Shown piece by piece: positions 40,501-51,494 of a stretch of DNA of 64,000 nucleotides. The position numbers and the translations under genes were made by a program. The notes below the pieces were generated by a model. The model searched no databases and had not been told where the DNA came from. It saw only the letters and a program-made list of their open reading frames with translations. The first letter of the stretch is position 1, and each line of letters begins with the position of its first letter. Origin of the DNA: Antedon mediterranea (Eukaryota; Animalia; Echinodermata); assembly GCF_964355755.1 (NCBI RefSeq), contig NC_092674.1, positions 4,464,001 through 4,528,000 on the forward strand, in the 5' to 3' direction.

Positions 40501-42092
40501 GAAGTTGTTTATTAGACCTAAGTTCATTATTCATTAGTGTAGGATATTAACAATTAGTGATCCTGACAAACTTGATTGTTAGACCGGGTATAGATGATAA
40601 CGTTTCACTAAAGCGTGGTTCCCACTAGAACGCAACGCAGCGACGTATCGACGACGCAAAGTGATGCATTGCGTAATCACAAGTGGGAACCGACGACGCA
40701 ACAATGCTGCAAAAATCGCAGGTTTGATTTCACGCAGGCGGGGGAAAACACGATTATTGGAAGGGTATTTTCTTACGTTGCGTATGTTGCGTTACGTTGC
40801 GTCACTAGTGGAAACCAATAAGTCTAATGTTCGTAGATGTTATAATAGTCTACCTTCACAAGTAATACTAAAGTCAAATGTAATAAGTAATAATACATTT
40901 AAACAGTAAAATAAGGAGTCATTATTAATAAATATGCATTTTAACGAACTTATCTCCTTATTGACAAAATAATTTATTTACATAATAATTTATTTACATA
41001 TTAAATTGTATAAATTAGGTTTTGACAAAAGGCCAAATTTGGATTGTCTAGATGTGTATACTCAGCTGGCAGATGCAATTAGGCCTAAATAATAAAGCAT
41101 AAATGCAAAAAAGAAATGTATAAATTAATATAATAGAAACGTATTAAATAAATGTCACAATAGAATTAATGAATAATAATATAACGCAAAAAAAGTAAAA
41201 TATTGTTAAAAAGCTGAATTTCACAATTAGGCCTACTATTAGGCCAATGTAAGTAGGCCTGTAAGTGTAATCTTTTTAGAAAATATCTTTTAAAACAAAA
41301 ATATGTTTTTTCAACATGTTTTAACTCTGGTACTGTTGTTTCATTTGGTATTTATTATTTATTGCAGGTAATAACACGGATGATGTATCATTGAATTCAC
41401 AAACGCAGGTCAATCCTACTCCAAGCGAGGTTAGTTACAACGATTCAGAAGAATCTAATAAAAAGCCGTCTAAAAAATCACGATGGGGATCGATGAAAAA
41501 GAAATCCTTAAAATCTGAACCAGTGCAAGAGGAGGGCGATCCAGTCAAGAGACGTCCTAGCTTGATTGCCCGTTCGCTAAGCTATTTGCGGAAAAAACGA
41601 AGAAGTTCGAAAGATATCGGCGACCTAGATAACAAACGCGCTAAAAGATCCAACAGTGGGAAACGTAATAGAGAAGACTGCGACCCATCTACCAGCGATA
41701 TCGAACCAAACAATCCAGGGAAGAAAGGAGGAGGAAAAGCTAACAAGAAAGATAATGTCAATTTGAAGGATGATAATACATTAAAAGAAGATGTTCAACC
41801 GCCCAGCAAAACTAAAAAGGCTAACAAGAAAGATAAGACACGTGAAAAAGAGGATAACAAATTAAAAGAAGATGCTCCACCTTCCGGTAAAACATCAAAA
41901 GGTTTAGAAAAAATAAAAGGAAACAAAGAAAAAAATAAAAATAAAGTACGTGCGAAGGAGGATAATAAATTAAAAGAAGACTTTCCACCATCCAGCAACA
42001 CTTCGTCAAAAGGTTCAGAAAAAATAAAGGGGAAAAAGGCAAAGAAGAAAGTACAGGATGAAGATAAAACAAAAAGAAAGTTTAAGTTTTAA
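19590..42092 (+). CDS. INF2: Inverted formin-2 (DID, FH1, FH2, WH2/DAD, long disordered tail), about 1610 aa
   Basis: Coding exons 19590-19974, 22522-22637, 27141-27334, 29964-30108, 30424-31234, 31573-31712, 32174-32338, 32514-32599, 33126-33226, 33312-33382, 33996-34174, 34413-34533, 35215-35379, 35496-35657, 35797-37063, 41368-42092 (4833 nt, all GT-AG, phases consistent). Motifs: [28 protein letters not shown] (INF2 DID), polyproline FH1, [17 protein letters not shown] and [16 protein letters not shown] (FH2), [16 protein letters not shown] (INF2 WH2/DAD). An acceptor at 19573 implies upstream non-coding exon(s). Confidence 0.93.
20130..21020. repeat. 21/22-bp minisatellite (CCAACAAAGTGTCACCGTGTC)n, about 41 units, INF2 intron
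   Basis: Directly visible tandem array without spacers. It generates all the repetitive ORFs at 20099-21138. Confidence 0.98.
21665..21825. repeat. Second, shorter array of the same 22-bp minisatellite (about 7 units)
   Basis: CAAACAAARTGTCACTSTGTCC units, followed by a MITE-like remnant (AAAGTGTCCCCTGAATAGAAGTG). Confidence 0.9.
22747..23237. mobile_element. Tc1/mariner-superfamily (pogo/Tc2-like) non-autonomous element nested in a family-1 MITE
   Basis: Perfect TIR CCGTAAAACCTCGAAAAGAAGCCCATGGGCTT, many GGGCTTCTTTTCGA subterminal repeats. It splits the host sequence GCCCATATATGGAC. Confidence 0.85.
23680..23856 (+). mobile_element. tRNA-derived SINE (second family)
   Basis: TGGCTTGGTGG A-box, GGTTCAAGTCCC B-box, (AAAC)n tail. 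Degenerate relatives at about 9845-9950 and 15400-15550. Confidence 0.55.
26425..27060 (-). mobile_element. Decayed CR1/L2-like 3' end with a nested Penelope-like insert
   Basis: Minus strand reads QNSLPEELK near 27030-27057 (ORF-end motif), followed by a 3' UTR hairpin and a (TTGA)n tail at about 26428-26438. Confidence 0.45.
26506..26631 (-). mobile_element. 5'-truncated copy of the Penelope-like element at 16645
   Basis: Reverse complement of about 16752-16878, flanked by identical TAATATTTTATATATA (26490-26505 and 26632-26647). Lacks the hammerhead. Confidence 0.8.
29250..29383. mobile_element. Decayed Tc1/mariner-like MITE (TA-CAGTARAAC...GTTTTACTG-TA; GGGACACC and GTGTCCCCTTAATAGAGG motifs)
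   Basis: Same motifs at about 2320-2438, 3020-3085, 5620-5775, 8630-8712, 17550-17725, 23470-23535 and 29058-29195. Confidence 0.55.
33489..33884. mobile_element. Non-autonomous TIR element, unclassified
   Basis: About 42-bp imperfect inverted repeats AAAAGTGATTC...GGAGGGGAACCAACAAGATGGCGGC at both ends. TSD not resolved. Confidence 0.65.
34815..35128 (-). mobile_element. Young tRNA(Arg)-like SINE with L2-type tail
   Basis: Head GGGCGTGTGGCGCAGTG...GACTACCGATC...GGTTCGAATCC, central GGCAAG...CTCTCTCCACCCAGGTGTATAAATGGGTACC, tail GTAAAGCGCCTTTGAG...GGCGCTATATAAAT(ATT)n. Near-identical copy at 55047-55352. Confidence 0.9.
38811..39012. repeat. Imperfect ~68-bp inverted repeat (MITE-like foldback)
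   Basis: CAGTATCACAGGAAAATTCTATAATACAGTGTTACATA...TGTATCATAGGC is mirrored at 38944-39012. Confidence 0.6.
39968..40146. mobile_element. PIF/Harbinger-type MITE, family 2
   Basis: TIR AGCKTGGTTCCCACTAG, TAA TSD on both sides, ACGCA repeats. Related copies at 39210-39299 and 40612-40817. Confidence 0.8.
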
Positions 42093-43929
42093 TTTTCCCC
42101 CATTTTTAATTTAATCTGATGTTTGGGGTATTATTGTGGTAAAAGAACATCTGCATAAGTTACAAAATAGAGCTGTCTGTGTCATCCTTGCTAAATTCCG
42201 ACAACGTTTACCTGACACGTTCTAATGGTATTCTTCCTCTGACTGAGATTTGAGACTGCAAAGGGAGGTTATTAACGAATTAAAATAGCAAAAGGAACAA
42301 CTAAACGCAATATGCTTTTTGGAATAAATAATGCTTAAAGGGGGACTCCGGTTACTGTAATTGTTTAAAGAGATTCAACAGTAATAACATGTGTAAAGTA
42401 ATATAAGTAAAGGAACATTCCATTTAACATTTTCAGAGAGCTAGTTGCAATATTGTAAGAATTTGATATGATTATTTTATTTTGTATGATTTTATATTGT
42501 TATTGTACAGTTAATGATGAAATGTATAGTTTTATTGTAATTTATTCATAAATCAATATCAATACATATATTTTAGTTAAGTGCAAAACAACATAAAAAT
42601 CACTTTAGTAATCGTGCCGGCGTTGAGCCCTGTTTTAGCCGACAACCCGCAGGTGATCGGGATAGCATATATATGACAAATCTAGCAGATTCTCTGTACA
42701 ATATCTATGATTTTTCCGGTATCATAGGTGGATTGTGTAACATACGTATCACATGTTACGTCTGTATCATACAAGCGCAACATATACATCACATGTTAGC
42801 CTGTATCATACAAGCGCAACATATACACGTGACATTGTACTATTACAAAATGTACCTATTATGATAATGGCGAACGAAATGCTAAAATCACCGCTTAGTC
42901 GAATAATGCTCTTGAATAGAGAAACAGTAAATTTATGACGTTATCGTAGATAGTACCTACCAGTAAATGTATGCATCTAGTTGTCTATTGAATAACAATT
43001 TGCTCTTTAACATACGTTTTTTAATATTTTGTATAAATGAGGTCGACTAATAAAAATGCCTGCAATTTTAAGCAATAAATAATATTATGAATACAAAATC
43101 AACGTAAAATCTATTTTGTAAGCCTATCGTATTCATTTCATTCACATTTATTTGAAACAGTCCAAGAAAAAAGAATACATTTACAATAAGTTAAATGGTA
43201 TTAATAAAAGGAGTTAATTGTGAAGCTGTTTGGGTGAGTACAGTAGGCCTAGTACTAATTTTATGTTTGTTGATTTTTGTTTGTTATAGCCTACATGACA
43301 TTTCCTTTTTTATATTAGTCCACCAGTCGACGTTTCGATTTTTGTCTGAAAATACAGTTTAGTTTACAAGCTCAAGATTAAAGGTAGTATACGTATGAAA
43401 CGCTATATGTGCTAAAATGTTTATCTTTTTACTAATATTAAGTCAAAATTCGTCTGGAACCCAGATTCAGAATATACATGGCATAAAACGAAGCCATACA
43501 AGAAACAATGTCGCAGTGCTGTAGTTATATCCCAATTGGTATTTCAATAGATGAAATACGTACTGGTAAGCTACTGTATTATTGTTATTGCGATATCAAC
43601 ACCATTCATGCATCACCATCCTGTATATTCTTTATACTTAGTTCATTGAATACAGTACATAGTTCGTTACGCATTGTAGATCCCAAGGATCTGATAATAA
43701 TGGATATTTTTGTTATTTAAATATACTTTTTAGTTCACCAGCATCTTAAAATCGGCAGATTTCACAAACCGTATTGTAATTTTGATTTCACTGCATGTAT
43801 TATTGCGACTTGTAAGCCTATATGGTAGGCCAACGCCATGGGTTGTATGTTTCGGCAAAAATAACAACTTATGTGCCGTGTATAATCAGTGTTCGTGGTA
43901 AGTTTAGTTTGAAATAGGTTTTAACTTAA

Positions 43930-44420
43930 CGTTCGTGGCACTGCGTCTGCTGTTGTTATACTGCGTTTAGGTTTGTGGTACTGTGTCGTTTGTGGCAATA
44001 TGTCGTTCGTGGAACTATTTGTGGCACCGTGTTTGTCGTTTGTGGGACTATGTCCTTCGTGGAACTATTTGTGGCACCGTGTTTGTCGTTTGTGGCACTA
44101 TTTGTGGCACCGTGTTTGTCGTTTGTGGCACTATTTGTGGCAATATGTCGTTCGTGAAACTATTTGTGGCACCGTGTTTGTCGTTTGTGGCACTATTTGT
44201 GGCACTATGTCGTTTGTGGCAATATGTCGTTCGTGGCACTATTTGTGGCACCGTGTTTGTCGTTTGTGGCACTGTGTTTTCCATTTGTGGCACTGCGTTT
44301 ACAATTTGTGGCACTGCGTTTACCATTTGTGGCACTGATTTTACCATTTGAGTGCTGTTTTTACCGTTTGAGGCACTCTTCTTGCCGTTTGAAACCCGTT
44401 TTTGCCGTTTTGGCTTGAGT
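43930..44420. repeat. Complex minisatellite built on TTTGTGGCAC (33-bp and 17-22-bp units)
   Basis: Visible tandem array; it is the source of the repetitive ORFs at 43973-44488. Confidence 0.9.
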
Positions 44421-45091
44421 AACTGTGAATATATTCTATAAATAACTCCTTCCCCCCACCCACACACAAATAAACGTCCCGTTTCCATAATATGAGATTC
44501 ACTCTATATGGTCACGAATTTAAAACGAGAGAAATTAATTCTATCTTCGATTTTTTTAAGTTGTTTATTGAGCACTGGGTAGGCCTAATTTCTTAACAAA
44601 TTAATCGTATCGCCTCTAGTGTGCAGCGTGTCCGGTGATTCAGTCTGATTACCAAAACAATTAAGCTTCTTGTGAATAATTATACCCTTCCGCGAGGGTA
44701 CGAGCGAGACCTTGTTGAGCTTACAATGTAATGTCTTTTATGGCTGTTTCCTGCTTACGTGTACAATAGCTTAATGTAATAACAATATTTTTAACTGTCA
44801 ATTATTGACTGACTTGACCTGTATTTTATTGAATATCTGAATTTTATGAAAACATTTTCGAAAGTAATCGCGCTCTTCGACGATCGAACACATCAATCGC
44901 GCAAAGAAAGTGCGCATAGTGTGAAATAGAAGAAAACACACGTTGGGTACGTTGGATTTTTATTATGCACATGCTACCGTATTTCTTATACAAACACTGC
45001 TGTTGAGCATATAACAATGAATTATGAATAATCATATTGTTGTTTTTTAAGCTGGCAGAGTAATAGGACCAGAAACAAGATTGCTGTCGGT

Positions 45092-48000
45092 ATGGTGGTG
45101 CTGAGTACGTCCCTACAGCGTCGGTGGTGGTGGGCAGTTACGGTTGTGTGCATGTTGAATGGTTATTTTGTATACGGCATTGTATACAGTTATGGGGTCT
45201 TATTTGGTGATCTTCAAACCGAATTCGATTCATCGACAATAGTTACAGGTATTGGCTTTAATTATTTTTACTTAATAGGGCCTAGGCCTAGGCCTAATCT
45301 AATCATTAATGTATTATTAGGCCTAAGCTTAAGCAAACGTACTTAATTGTACCATGGATTAATGATTAATCCATGATTGTACTAAGTCTACAGTAGACTT
45401 GGCCTATCTATGCCCGCTTTGAGTACGGTTATTTGCTATCATTGAGTAGGCCTAATCCAGTTTTAAAAAGAAGCACTTACAGACGATGGGCTCCAGAAGT
45501 TGCCGTGCCTATGCCTAATTGCGTAGTCGTCAGGGCCTGGCCAGAAACTTTTTTTTATAAAAAAAAGTCGAATTTATTTCTAAAATGCTTCCTAGCATTT
45601 ATAATCTCTATTCTCATTCTTTGGTTAATGTCAGCCCTCTTTTTTATTTTCAGCGTATTATATTTATTAACGTATTTGCTTTACGCCTATTTTAGTTTAA
45701 ATATAGGCCTATATTATTGAATTATTGACCCGTTGTAAATGTTAGGCACTAGCATATTTATACTGTACTATGTATATACTATTGCATACAATTCCAACTC
45801 AAAAGAGTGTTGATTTTAGTAACGTAATGCCTAAATCAATCGTTTTTTAGTTAACTGCGCTTTTTATAAGTATACAATGATCATTACTATCATGTGACCT
45901 TTTTTTACCTTTAACAGGATGGGTGCAGTCACTTTGCTTAGCATGTGGTCAACTGTTCTCAGTCCCTGGTCAGATGTTGGTAATTCGGTTTGGTTATTTC
46001 AACGTCATCATATCCGCCGTCTTCATTTATTCGTTGTGTTTACTTCTGAGTTCATTCGTTCCGTCAATAATCTACATGTATATAACGTACGGCCTTGGTG
46101 TTGGTATAACGACTGGAGTTTCTACGAAGTCTTTTATACAACATTCTTTCGAATGGGCGCCAGTTCAGTACCGAGTAAGGGCATCAACACTAGCTACTCT
46201 TGGTGGTACTATCGGTAATATTTTCTAAAATGTAACAACCTAACTCTCTTTCAAATTAAAAAAAACACTGTCAATGTGTTTATAAATTTGGCTTATACCA
46301 TTCAGCCAAATAAAGAAGAAGGCGGCTCTGGGTATTCTCTAAAATAGTGCAACTCTTGGATGTTTTAGATAACATTTTTGGCAACAATTAAGTGCAGAGT
46401 TTTTTAATTGGAGTTCAAAGATAAAAATTATATACCTGCTTAATCTCTGTAATATGTTGGTAGTGAGTGAATGACTCAATATCACTTACCATACCCACCT
46501 TAAAGCTCTGTCTACACTATCAAACTTATGTGAGGAAAAAGTGTGATATGCCCAACTATGGTAGTGATATAACATCTTCATGTCCATGGGCACATCACAT
46601 TTGTTTGTCACGTAAAGTTTGATAGTGTAGACAGAGCTAAAGTTTAGACTCCGCTGACTGATTAAGACACTCACTAAATTAGTATTTGCAATATTTGTGA
46701 ATGTTCAAAAGTGTATTTTTCTTTTTATATAAAACAGGATTATTAACAATAAGCCCAGTCCTAGGAACTTTATTGACACGTTTAGGATGGCGGTGGACGT
46801 TGAGAATTTGCTCTGGTCTGGTGTTTGTAATGGGTTTGATCATTGCACCTGTGATCTACATAACACCAAAGAAGAAAAACCAAAGTTTGGAAAACACTGA
46901 TGTTGGCGCATACTCGAAAGTTTCTCAACGAGATGGTGACGTTGAGAAAGAAACGGAGTCATACTCAGAAGTTTCTCAAGGAGATGGTGACTTTGAGAAA
47001 GAAACGAAGTCATACTCAGAAGTTTCTCAAGGAGATGTTGACGTTGAGAAGGAAACTAAGTCATACTCAGAAGTTTCTCAAGGAGATGGTGACGTTGAGA
47101 AGGAAACGAAGTCATACTCAGAAGTTTCTCTAGGAGATGGTAATGTTGAGAAAGAAACGGAGTCATACACAGAAGTTTCTCAGAGACGTGTTAACGTTGA
47201 AAAAGAAATGAAGTTATACTCGGAAGTTTCTCATGGAAGTGTCGAGGTTGAGAAACAAATGAAGGATTCATGCCCTGAAGTTTCTCAACTAGAATTAACA
47301 ATTGATGAAAAAGAGATGGAATCGGAGGTCTCTCAGCGAGATATACTCAGAATTCCAGAAACATGGCTTTTTGGATTAATGTGCGCTATCGTAAGCTGTG
47401 CTACCGGCTTCACTATGATTAATCTTGTAAGTCATATTAAGGCCAACTCAAGACGACTCGTCTTGTCGGGATTCAACTCCCGACAGCATCGACGAGTCAA
47501 GACGTTTCGTCGGGCCTCGTCGTATTATGCTGTCTGAGTTGGCTTTTACACTTTGATTCGAATTTAAATGGCCTACAATCTCTTCTAAATTGTGAACCTG
47601 TAACGTATCGTAAACAAAATGAATGTTTATGTGTTGTATGTATGGAATATTTCATGAGATTGACTTTTAAACACTGATTATCTGGTCACCAATTTGTAGG
47701 CCTACTATATAGACTTTTTATAGATTATTGATAATTATTATTGACTGATAAGACATTTAACTATACCAATTCTGACATACTTTATTTTGTTTTTCTTTGA
47801 AAGGTAGATTTTTCAACAAAAGCCGGGTTTACACTTAAGCAAGGCACATTGATTTTAAGCATAAATGGTGGAGCAGAAGTGATCGGCAAAGTGTGTATTG
47901 CATCGTTCATAGACAAGTTACATTTTCACAAAATATTGATTTGGCCGCACGCTTGTATTGTGGGAGCCGTTTCGTGTATTTTTCTACTCTACGTTACATC

Positions 48001-51000
48001 GTTTGAAGGAATGCTCATTGTGTCTTTCGGTATGTTTAAAAATACTTCCACTGTATTTGTTATAGTCCATGGGATTTAGACTTTTAACTCACACAAATTG
48101 CAAGAAAAGGTTTTTTTGATGAAATGTGTTCTTTAGACCCTACTGAAGACATTTATCAACGTTAGGACATTTTTCGACAACGGGAAGTAGCCTAATTTGC
48201 ATAATTAAAAATGGCGGCCATTTTTAATAACGTACTATGTATCTTGGAAACCGCTAGTCACAGATACTTAATTATGGTGTTAAAATCGTTAGAATATATG
48301 TATTTATATTCACTTTAATGAAAAAGTTTGTCCAAAAAAGAATGGAAGTGCTTTTTCTAACATTATTGACCTTTGACCTTGATTTATCATATCTCAGCAA
48401 CCACTAATCGGAGATATACAAATTAGGGCTTAAATTGTTCCGAAACTACACATTTATATCCAGTCTAATGGCATGTTTTTGCAAAAAATGGCGGATTCTA
48501 ACATTATTGACCTTTGACCTTGATTTATCATATCTCAGCAACCACTAATCGGAGATATACAAATTAGGGCTTAAATTGTTCAGAAACTACACATTTATAT
48601 CCAGTCTAATGGCATGTTTTTGCAAAAAATGGCCGATTCTAACATTATTGACCTTTGAACTTTACACTACATAAAATCGCATAACTTTGAAAATATTGTA
48701 CATATGAAATTATTTTTAGTGTCAAATTGTTCAGAACATACATGTTTCTATAGAGTCCAATAACACATTATGTACAATAATGGCCTATTGTATGGTTATT
48801 AACATTTGAACGATATTTGAAAAGGATTTAAACCCGGAATCTTCTTTATATGGACATCCATTAGAACATGTGATTTGGCACTCTAAAATGTAAGAGTTGC
48901 AACGTTGACTTATTATGTTTAGTTTAAAGTAGGCCATTGGTACATTAAATTTATAAGCATAAACTATTGCATTCATCCATAAACTGCCTACAAGTTTACA
49001 CTGTTTGTTTATTTTATTTCTTATCGTCTTCGCAGCTGAAGCTGAATTACAAGATATTTATATTAAAAGCATTAAAATTGATGGTTAAAAATGGTAAAAA
49101 TTAAACCACATAGAAACATGGTACATACACAATACATTCACGTAAAAAAAGTACAAAAACAAATTATAAAAGGTTAAAAACTATACACCACTAGTAGTCA
49201 TACTGTATATGGTTTATATTGAAATAATAAATAAATTCCATAAGAAACTGAGGTTTTTACTGTATACGGCGAAAATATTGCAAGTGGTGGTCAGCCTAAT
49301 TATGAGTCTCGATAGCCAATTTAAACTAAACTAAATATGTTGCATTAATATCGATCTTTTAAAATTCCAGTTGTCAACAATGCGTCTAGTAGTAGAAAAG
49401 GCCTTCTTAATAAGACTATGTTTCAACCTAAAAGAATGCCCTCAAGAGTGATGCTATCCTTAACAAAATATAAACTAGGGAGTTGTTAAATAATCTTTAG
49501 AAATTTGTTTGTTGAATATGCCATTTAATGCCAATTTAATTTGATCGAAAAATAAATTACTAATTTGAAAAAAACTTTAATAAACCTGCAAAATGACATG
49601 GCCTATTTAAAGTATGTACAATATATCATAAAAAAACCGACATCTTTGTTGGCTCTGTTAATAGTGTGAACACCAACTTTCTCCTGAGTAAGATGTAAGA
49701 CCTAATTTAAAATTGATTAATAATCCAAACCTATAATGTATGTATACATAGTCTAATATTTTTTTTAAAAGTGAATATTTTCAGTAACTAAATTAAATCA
49801 ACTGGTTACATGCACTTTAAATTACCACCATATTCTAAACAACAAGTACGGTAGTGCCAAATCACATGTTCTAATGAATGCCTACATGAAGAAGATTCCG
49901 GGTTTAAATCCTTTTCAAATATAGTTAAAATGTTAATAACCATACAATAGGCCATTATTGGACAAAATGTGTCATTGGACTCTATAGAAACATGTATGTT
50001 CTGAACAATTTGACACTAAAAATAATTTCATATGTACAATATTTTCAAAGTTATGCGATTTTATGTAGTGTAAAGTTCAAAGGTCAATAATGTTAGAATC
50101 GGCCATTTTTTGCAAAAACATGCCATTAGACTAAATATAAATGTGTAGTTTCTGAACATTTTGAGCCATATTTTGTGTCTCTCCTATTAGTGGTTGCTAA
50201 GATATGATAACTCAAGGTCAAAGGTCAATAATGTTAGAATCCGCCATTTTTTTGCAAAAACATGCCATTAGACTGGATATAAATGTGTAGTTTTTGAACA
50301 ATTTAAGCCCTAATTTGTATATCTCCGATTAGTGGTTGCTGAGATATGAGAATTCAAGGTCAAAGGTCAATAATGTCAGAAATAGCACTTCCATTAATTT
50401 TTGGACAAACTTTTTCAATAAAGTGAATATAAAAACATATATTTTAACAATTTTGACACCATAATTAAGTATCTGTGACTAGCGGTTTCCAAGATACAGA
50501 GTACGTTATTAAAAATGGCGGCCATTTTTAATTATGCAAATTAGGCTACTTCCCGTTGTCGAAAAATGTCCTAACGTTGATAAATGTGTTCAGTAGGGTC
50601 TAAAGAACACATTTCATCAAAAAAACCTTTTCTTGCAATTTGTGTGAGAAAAGGGTCATTTTTTAGCTAAATCCCATGGACTATTAGTGACAATGTGAGG
50701 ATGTAGTATGGATGACGTAATGTTGCATTATTAATTTCTGTCATGAGATTTTAGCATAAAGAACAGAAATTACTCCATGGTATTATACTATACAAACCAT
50801 TTGTATATAATAATAGAGAACTTTAAAATAATAATTTTTTTCCTATAGCCTTTGGTATAGTTAAAGCAGTATTTAATGCCACTCCATACGTTGTGGCATC
50901 AGAAGTATTCCCGCCAAAATATATCCCAAGTGCAGCAAGTCTTGGTTCGGTACCATCTGGAATCGGATTTCTCCTCGCAGCTTTACTAGGAGGTAAGTAA

Positions 51001-51392
51001 GCCCGCCAGTGATATTTCTTTTCGTACATAAGTTAGGGACCCCTCATGAAACGTCACAAAATAAACATAAATATCCCGTCAGTGGGTGTACTTATCATCA
51101 TCATCATCATTATATAATGCACACCAAAATGTGCCGTAAAAGACTTTTAACCACGTACTTGTTGTATACTTCAGGTTTTAGCTACGACTACACTGGTTCT
51201 TATGATTCAGCCCTTTACGCCTGCTCGGGATTATACCTGATTGGTTGTGCATTGGCGCTATGCACGCTGTTATGGCAGAAAATGTGCGCAGTTGAAAGAT
51301 TTCGACCTACGCATGGAATCAAACAAAATGTAACAGACCAACCTTCTAGATTGAATACAGACGATAGCCCTACAAAAGACTCTTTACTTTAA
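45092..51392 (+). CDS. SLC16/monocarboxylate-transporter-like MFS protein, paralog A (about 576 aa)
   Basis: Exons 45092-45248, 45918-46214, 46738-47426, 47804-48029, 50849-50992, 51175-51392 (1731 nt, GT-AG, in phase). Motifs: YSYGVLFGDLQTEF..TGWVQSL, YITYGLGVG, LGWRWTLRI, GFSYDYTGSY, with multiple hydrophobic helices. Confidence 0.85.
46908..47342 (+). repeat. Coding 51-bp (17-aa) tandem repeat, about 8 copies, in the central loop of paralog A
   Basis: SYSEVSQGDGDVEKETK units, in frame in exon 3. Confidence 0.95.
47440..47545. mobile_element. Small PIF/Harbinger-type MITE, family 3
   Basis: Ends AGGCCAACTCAAGAC / GTCTGAGTTGGCTT, with TTA on both sides. Confidence 0.65.
48063..50683. mobile_element. 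2.6-kb foldback non-autonomous DNA transposon with ~820-bp TIRs (possibly Academ-like)
   Basis: Arms 48063-48882 and 49853-50683 are reverse complements. Termini TAGTCCATGGGATTTAG/CTAAATCCCATGGACTA, TTA duplication (48060-48062 and 50684-50686), 141-bp tandem units inside each arm, non-coding spacer. Superfamily inferred only from the TA..TA termini, 3-bp TSD and long TIRs. Confidence 0.85.
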
Positions 51393-51494
51393 CCGAGCTA
51401 AAAAAATTTTAATTTTCATACTAATAAATATATAAAGTAGAAATCATTGTGCGTGTTTTCATTTTAAACAATTATAATTCATTCATTCTTTCTT

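Noticed and set aside
37064-41367. Hidden CAAX-encoding terminal exon for INF2
   Set aside because: The phase-compatible candidates I checked end HRKT, FCLI and MLLG; none has Cys at -4, and the acceptors are weak.
43322-43360. Minus-strand GAAACGTC after a hairpin (possible hammerhead); similar weak case near 28517-28552
   Set aside because: One of the two catalytic boxes is missing or broken in each case.
43973-44488. Cys-rich repetitive ORFs (CGTICGTV)
   Set aside because: Translations of a minisatellite. A possible transposon end at GTTTCCATA (44489) had no convincing partner end or TSD.
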